NCBI RefSeq assembly: GCF_009914755.1
Contig: NC_060925.1
DNA: 64,000 nucleotides
From: the human T2T-CHM13v2.0 reference genome, Homo sapiens
Strand: one strand, 5' to 3'
Shown here piece after piece: positions 56,484 through 64,000 of this stretch. Each line of letters begins with the position of its first letter. Position 1 is the first letter of the stretch. The position numbers were made by a program, and so were the translations under genes. The notes beneath the pieces are model-generated. The model saw only the letters and a list, made by a program, of their open reading frames with translations. It had not been told where the DNA came from and did not search any database.

Positions 56484-58696
56484 GTAGGGGGGCTTGGGAC
56501 GGGAGGAGGGGAGGGATTCACTAGCACACACTGGCATGGGAGCCAGATGGCCACACGAAAACCAAAGGGAAACACCCAGATCCTCCCAACTCCTCACTCC
56601 CAGGCTGCTAGGGTCTGGGGATGCTATAGGCAGCCCCCACCTCGGCCCCACCCACAGACTAAATGCCACTTCTTGCCACCTCCCTTTTTGATGAGTTCTG
56701 AGTGGCAAGGGACTATTCTGAAAGATATTGACAACATTAATTGTGATACTAATCTCTAAGAAAGGACTTTTTATAAAGTTGCATCTAGAAGTGATCTTTA
56801 TTCATCAACAGTGTCTCTTGGGCTTCTACTCTGTGCTCTGTATTCTGAGAAAAACCATCCTGGGTCCCAGGGAATTCCCTTCCTTTTGGGAAGAGTTTAG
56901 ATAAAAGGCATAATTTCCTGACCGTGAGTTTGTAAGCTGGCACTTCAGAATGATTTTAGAAATTTGTGAAGAGAAAGAAGGGTAAGCCTTGTTTTTGGCA
57001 GGTTAGGGACTGTCCTCCCCTGAAGCAGCATTCCATTCTGTGGGGCCAGGTTTTCCATGACCTAGCTTCGGAACAGAGATCTAAAAGGAATCCCTGGGAT
57101 ATATGTTTGCTAGACCCCTCTGTTTGACAAAGAACAAATCACTATTTCTATTTTATGGATGAAGTAGCTGCAACCCAGAAAGGCCAGTGACAGTATTTTA
57201 GGCCACTCTAGTGATGGGAATTTAACCCCAATCTCATCTCTTTGTACAGGGTACAGTCCGTTACCCCATGCCACCCGCCATGGTACCATTTACAGCGTCG
57301 TTTTTTCACTAAACACAAAGACAACTGCCTCTCTCTTTTAATCCCTAACGTCCCTTACCTCCCCCTCCTCCTCCCCCTCCCTTCTTCCCCTAAATAGTAT
57401 TTCAGCCTGAGCTGAAAGCACAAGCCAGCCCAAATCGGATTCTGTCTGAATTCAACATCTGGAACCAATTCGGCCAGCCCCATTGCTATCGACTGAGGTA
57501 GGGGAGGACAGGGGAGGTTGTTTACTTAATTAGAGGCCAATTGGTCCACGCTTCTCCCTGACCCCCACAGAACAGCCTCTTGCCCAAGGAGTGAAGAAAG
57601 TGGCATTTGTGTTCTGTGAACTTAGTAATACCAGTGACATCCCTGGGTTCATCCCTCTCTGCTGTACTGCAGATTTCAGTGTCTGGGTCCAAGCTGGAGG
57701 AACCTATGCTGGCCAGCTGGGAGAGAAAGCTTTTTGTCACCGACAGATGGTTGGTGGTGACTGGGGAGGTTGTTGGTCACTTTAGGTCTCAGCCTACTGG
57801 ATGATGAGCTCCAGGGAGCTGTCCTTGTGCATGTGACTTAGAGCTTTGGTTTTCCCCCTTGCATGCGTGGTGAAAAGCTGTAGAATAGCATTCCCTTCCT
57901 TCTAAAGTCAGGCAGAACCTCCGCCCTCACTTCTCAAACATCAAACCACTGCAGGCTCTGGTCCAGTGCCCGGGGCACAGAGACCCCTACAGCCCTGGCC
58001 CCTGAGTCCCAGCCCAGTGGGTCAGAGTCCTGGAGGGGTGTGGCTCACGGGGACAGGTGCCTTCCTCCAGTTTCCTCCAAGATAGTCTCCCAACCTACCC
58101 ACCTGTTTCTTGTGCACTCAACATTTATTAGCAGCCTCTGGAAAAACCACAAGATTAGTCAGGGAACATTACTACCGCAGACTGTGTGGGAGGCTAGAAG
58201 CACCTGAGGAACAAGAGTCAGCAACCTTGGGTTGAGAGGGACCTTCTAACCGCTGGATTCACACCCACCTGGAAGGCTCATGGCCTCTCCTCTCCCTTCT
58301 TTGGGAAGTGAGAGAAGTGCCAGCCCCGGGAGCTAAGGCAGTAAGGAGGTGAGTGAGGGTGGTAGAAGGGGAGATAGAGCACTAAGAAGAGAATGGAGAA
58401 TGATCAGGAGACCCAAACAGCCATGGAAAGGAGAGCACCAGGCCACATGGCCTCCCCACAGCTGTGGAGAGGAGAGACAAATCCATTTCACCACACTTTC
58501 CAGTCCTGAAACTGGAACCGGTTTTCTAGGACTACCGGCTGGGTGGCATGGTGGACTGCTCCTGAGACCTCAGGTATTTTTGGGTCTGGTGGGTGCACAA
58601 GAGCAAAGGCTGGGGATGGAGTGTGTTTCAAGAGAAGCATAGGATTTTAGGGCTAGAAGAGACCTCAGAAAGCATCCTCTTGCCTTTCTCATAAAG

Positions 58697-58865
58697 CAGT
58701 GGTTTTCAAAGTGAGGTCCCTGGACCAACAGCATCTGTGTCACAAAGGACTGGTTAGAAATGCACGTTATTTGGCTCCACCCAGACCCAGTGACACAGGA
58801 ACTCTGAAGATGGGGCGCTGTTTTTTAACAAGCCTTCCATGGCTCGCTGAAGTTTAGAACTGTTG
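58697..58865 (+). mobile_element. MER5A-like hAT-Charlie relic
   Basis: cagtggttttcaaagtg...gaccaacagcatc...ttagaaatgca...ttttaacaagcc...aagtttagaac. Confidence 0.75.
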
Positions 58866-59470
58866 CCTTACTGGCTGGCTGTGTAAATAAACTTGAAGCC
58901 CTGAGGGAAAGTTTGCCTTTGAACCTCTCCCCCGCCACCCCCACCATCTCAAAGGTTTCCAGAACATTACAAAATTCATCAGATTCATCAGATGGTTTTT
59001 AGCCCTAGAAAACAGTGAGAAATTGTGCCTACATTTTTTGACAAAGAGGAATCTCCGTTTATATTCTTCTAGAATGTTCTCTGGAGCCTGGGAAACCTCC
59101 TTGGAAGTGACTTGCTCTACACAGGATGAGTTCTGAACTGGTCACCCAGTCTTTGAGGAACTTCCCAGGAGTGTAGGATCCATCCCATGGGGAAAGAGGC
59201 TTGAGGGTTCCAAGGTGGAAACTGTGCGGCCAGGCTGCCAGGCTGAGTGGGTGATGGTGCTTTCACACAACTGCCTGGAAAGCCTCACCTGTTACTGCCT
59301 ACTACCAGAGGAAGAACTTTAGAAATGAACAGTTTCTCTACTTTTCAGGAAGTAAGAACTTCCTGGTGCCCATCCTCATGAGTTCTGAAGTCCATGAGCC
59401 AGGAGATCAGGAATAGAAATGACTTTCCTAGTAACCTCTCTATCATTTCTCGATTCCTTACACTGGATGA

Positions 59471-59760
<290 letters not shown>

Positions 59761-59994
59761 TACCCTGAATGATTTTAAATTTCATGAATTATTTCAAGAA
59801 CTTGACCCAGCTTCTCTCCCCTGCCCTCCAACCCGTAATTGGATCCTGCCCTGTAGCCCATAGCAGATTATTCCTCCCCTACTTTTGTTTCCCACCCTCT
59901 CCTATGACTCACCTTCCACTTTTTCACCAGTTCACAGTCTGAACTGCAAAGCAACCTAGAGGCATCAAGCAAAATGAGAAAGAAGGAAAGCAAG

Positions 59995-60200
59995 TACTAT
60001 TTATTAAACACCCACTCTGTGCCAAACTTGTGACTAAATTACTTTATTAAATCCTCACACAGCTGAGGATATAGATCTTTATCTTCAGTATATAGATGAG
60101 GCAGCTGAGGCTTAAGGAGATTAAATAACTTGCCCAGGATCACACAGCTACCAAGTATCAGAGCTGGTTTTCGAATCCAGTTTTATCTGATGCCGAAACC
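59995..60200 (-). mobile_element. MIR SINE
   Basis: tttattaaacaccca...aatcctcaca...agatgagg...ctgaggct...aacttgcccaggatcacacagcta. Confidence 0.75.
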
Positions 60201-60569
60201 CAGTGTTTCCCTTCCACCCTGCTTCCCCTTTGAAAACCAGGAATGAATTCACATAGAGAATCAGACCTTGAGGAGTTGAGTTGTTCTCTATTTTCTAAAG
60301 AATTTAGTTTATACCTTCAAAAGGGCTTCCCTTTGTCTTGAGATATTCTAAGTTCCAAGTAGTCTCAAGTGGTTTTTGTAGCAGGAGCTAGACTGGAAAA
60401 ACTCTAGAGCTTTGTATTTCATTATAAGCATTTGTCTATTGTGTGCAGTTAGGATATAGAGAGCATAAGATGGATTCAGTGCCCTCGCGCCAGGGAGGCT
60501 GTATGAAGGGGAAGACAAGAATTTTATGAGCACATGTTAATGTCCCTGTCACTCTTGCTTCTGTTGCAG

Positions 60570-60649
60570 TGATAGCCCTCATGGAGAGACTACCTCGGTT
60601 GAAGACTCAACCCAGGATGTGACCGCAGAGCACCACACGAGCGATGACG
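60570..60649 (+). CDS. SRGAP2: SRGAP2 coding exon 18 (acidic RhoGAP-SH3 linker)
   Basis: gttgcag|TGATAG...GACG|gtacga; 80 nt, phase 2-1; CDSPHGETTSVEDSTQDVTAEHHTSDD. Confidence 0.93.
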
Positions 60650-61017
60650 GTACGAGGCCCTGCTTCCTGGTCAGTGGGGACGCCAGGGGTGAGGCAGAAG
60701 GAAGTGATTATATATCCTGTGCATCTGATGAACCTGTCTGCCCAGCGGTCCCCTGAGGGCAGGCAGAGAGCTCCCTGTCTCAATTTCATTCCCTTCCTTC
60801 CTTGGAGAGGTAGCCCACCTTCTCAAATAGAATCGCTCGTATTAAACCAGAGGTGAAGAACTAGGCCTTTCATAGCCCTTCAACCTTCTTGCTCCACCTC
60901 CCAGCTCCTTGTCTGGCCTGAGTGCAGCATGATGTTGGTCCCTTATCATAGCCTAGACTCCTGCCAGACAGCTGGAGAACAAAGTGAAGGAAAGTACATT
61001 TGAAAAACAGTAAGCAA

Positions 61018-61323
61018 TTGGGTGTGGTGGCTCACACCTGTAATCCCAGCACTGGGAGGCCCAGGCGGGAGGATCACTTGAGTTCAAGAATTCAAGACCA
61101 GCCTAGGCAACACAGCCAGACCCTGTCTCTTAAAAAAAAAAAAAAAATAGCCTGGCATGGTGGTGTGCAGCATCCCTGTAGTGCCAGCTACTTGGGAGGC
61201 TGCGGTAGGAAGATCCCTTAAGCCCAGGAGTTCAAGGCTGCAACAAGCTATGATTGTACTACAGTACTCCAGCCTGGGTGAGAGAGTGAGACCCTGTCTA
61301 AAAAAAAAAAAAAAAAAAAAAAA
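61018..61323 (+). mobile_element. AluJ-like, sense
   Basis: ggaggatcacttgag...cccaggagttcaaggctgca; poly-A. Confidence 0.9.
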
Positions 61324-62791
61324 GTAAGCCTGGGGTGGGAAATAGCAGAGCTGGTTGCCCGGAACCCAATAGAAGCAAGCCAGAGGGAGTGGGAATGAGG
61401 ATGCAGAAACCACATGCTTTCACGCCTACCGACTGGAAAAACTGACCCTTTCCAAAGTACAGACATGCGAGTGCCGAGCAGCGTGGTGGGCGTGCATCAA
61501 GGGGAGGAATGCTCAGCTGTCATCCTCAGGCCCCTCAGCAGTGCCCATGCTTTATGAGGGTCTGTCCAGCCAGCACATTTCCCCCGCTTCCAACAGCTCC
61601 ACACCTCCTCTGGATCACATGGGCTCTGGAAGTCTCAGCAGCTGACAAGGGGCCTCAGAATTTTCTGGGCACAAGAATGAAATGGCAACAGTCTGTGGAG
61701 TTTTCCCTGTTCCCTGCCTTGCTGGGAATTCTGCAATTCTAGGCCAGCTTTCAAAGGAGAAAAAAAAAAAATAGGACTGCTTATTTAGATCCTGATGTCA
61801 TAAGGATCCATATGATCATTTGCTACATTCGAGGAGGGGAGTAGGTGAACTAGGAAAATGAGTAGTGGGTTAGAGCCTACCTCGTGGCCAGCTCTGCTAG
61901 AGGCTTTATATATGTTATCTCTTAATCTGTAGTGAAAAAGATATGGCCGCTATTTTACAGTTGAGAAAATGCAGGTCAGGGAGGTCGAGTAACGTACCCG
62001 AGGCTGTAGAGAACTAACTGAGGTGGGTATATTTAGACAGGCCTTCTCTGACCAGCCTCCTATAGTGAAATCTCCAACCCCTCCTGTGCAGGAGCAGACC
62101 CACCAGCTAGGGCCATCTAGGCATGGTCTTATTTTTAAGCAGCCTTTCTCTCTGCTTCCCAGAATAGCCGACTTTCATCTCAGGTTCCAGCTTTCTGGGA
62201 GCCTTCTCTTTGCTCTTTGATCTCTACCTGCAGCCTAGCACAGACGAAGATAATGATAACAATAAGTCATGCACACATACCACTTACTATGGGCGGGACA
62301 CTGTTCTAAGCACTTTTACAAATTGTAATTCATTGACTCTTCATAACAACTTCATGAAAAAGACACGATTATTAATCTCCATGTTACAGATGAGGAGACA
62401 GAAGCCCACACAAAAATAAAGATAGATTGCATTCGTAGACCCCTTTTACTTTTTTAGATTACTTTCATGTGCATTTTTTTCATAGGTTGGTCACAAAATA
62501 TATTTTCATATTTTGCTCCTTGGAAAGTTGATTGAGCAAGTTATTTTCTCTTTATAGAGAGACAGAAAGCTCACATTCTACTTACTAGGGGGAATGGATA
62601 ACATAAAATATTTAGAATACATGTATGTATTCTAAAAAATGTATGATACATTTTCTACAATTACTGGAATTATTATATAATTAGAAAAGAAATAATACTT
62701 AAAAATATAGTATGGCAAGTTTGATGATAGACGTCAAGGCATGAAGATCTTTGGAAACACCAAAGAAGTTACTGTAGAAAGCAGGGGATGC

Positions 62792-63206
<415 letters not shown>

Positions 63207-63383
63207 TCAGGATAATGGTATAGTCTGCGTGAGAATTACTTGCTTTATAGATCATCCATGGCTTCGTTTTCCCACTAAGTAATTTCCTACCACTGTAAGT
63301 TCAGCTAATTCAGCTTTTCCACCCAGTTTCCTGAGTCTGCAGGTCCCAAGAACATGTGTTTACTTCTTTTCCACCCTTCTCAG

Positions 63384-63564
63384 AATGTGAGCCCATCGAG
63401 GCCATTGCCAAGTTTGACTACGTGGGCCGGACAGCCCGAGAGCTATCCTTTAAGAAGGGAGCATCCCTGCTGCTTTACCAGCGGGCTTCCGACGACTGGT
63501 GGGAAGGCCGGCACAATGGCATCGACGGACTCATCCCCCATCAGTACATCGTGGTCCAAGACAC
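63384..63564 (+). CDS. SRGAP2: SRGAP2 coding exon 19 (SH3 domain)
   Basis: ttctcag|AATGTG...GACAC|gtacgt; 181 nt; [60 protein letters not shown] with SH3 AxFDY/ELSF/WW/GLIP motifs. Confidence 0.97.
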
Positions 63565-64000
63565 GTACGTTGGGCCCATGGCATCTTTGGGGGTGGTCCC
63601 CAGCTGCTCTATGGGAGTGAGACTTCATTTCTGGAGCCATAGGACTATGAGGGAGGCCAACCCCTGGGGGGTCCAGTGCAGTCCTGAGGCTCACACAGTT
63701 CCTTGAAGAGCACCCCCCCCACCCCCCGCCCCACTCCCTGCACTCAGTGGAGAATTTTTTTAAATCTCTCCACTATCTGTGCCCCCTGCAAATCACCCCC
63801 TAATCCAGTCATTTTAGAAACCTGCCAGCCAGCCAGCACTCATCCATATTTATACCTGATGAGTGATAACAAGGGGTTTTTATTTGACCACCTATATTTC
63901 TTTTCTCGAAAGATCAGGCTGGGAAAACATTTTTGTTACTCTCTTTTTTTTTTAAACAACTATGCTCACCCCAACCTGTTGAGCCACTCTTCCACTTGCA

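Overview
Primate (most likely human) genomic DNA from the middle of SRGAP2 (SLIT-ROBO Rho GTPase-activating protein 2), + strand. I traced 15 consecutive GT-AG coding exons (exons 5-19 in the numbering where the exon ending ...EQFYFT is exon 9) that join in one frame. They encode roughly residues 163-787: the C-terminal F-BAR and F-BAR extension, a linker built from two microexons, the RhoGAP domain (arginine finger GIFR527VSG) and the SH3 domain (W765). The RhoGAP and SH3 exons and the ancestral Arg codons at 205/235/250 identify the full-length parent SRGAP2A rather than the human-specific truncated copies SRGAP2B/C/D. Intron 9 begins with the read-through VRECYGF-stop that forms the C-terminus of SRGAP2B/C. 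Introns contain about 20 Alus plus L1, L2, MIR and DNA-transposon relics and microsatellites; most of the supplied ORFs are repeat-derived or chance. The most promising features I cannot match to known annotation are: (i) a candidate 25-nt microexon at 30198-30222 with the same length and phase as exon 12 and partial similarity to it, suggesting a mutually exclusive pair that swaps an RRSS kinase motif; (ii) a three-copy inverted repeat able to form competing hairpins around exon 16; (iii) a UG-repeat-containing candidate cryptic exon of TDP-43 type near exon 11. Exon and residue numbering and repeat family names come from recall and manual reading, not database searches; repeat boundaries are approximate.
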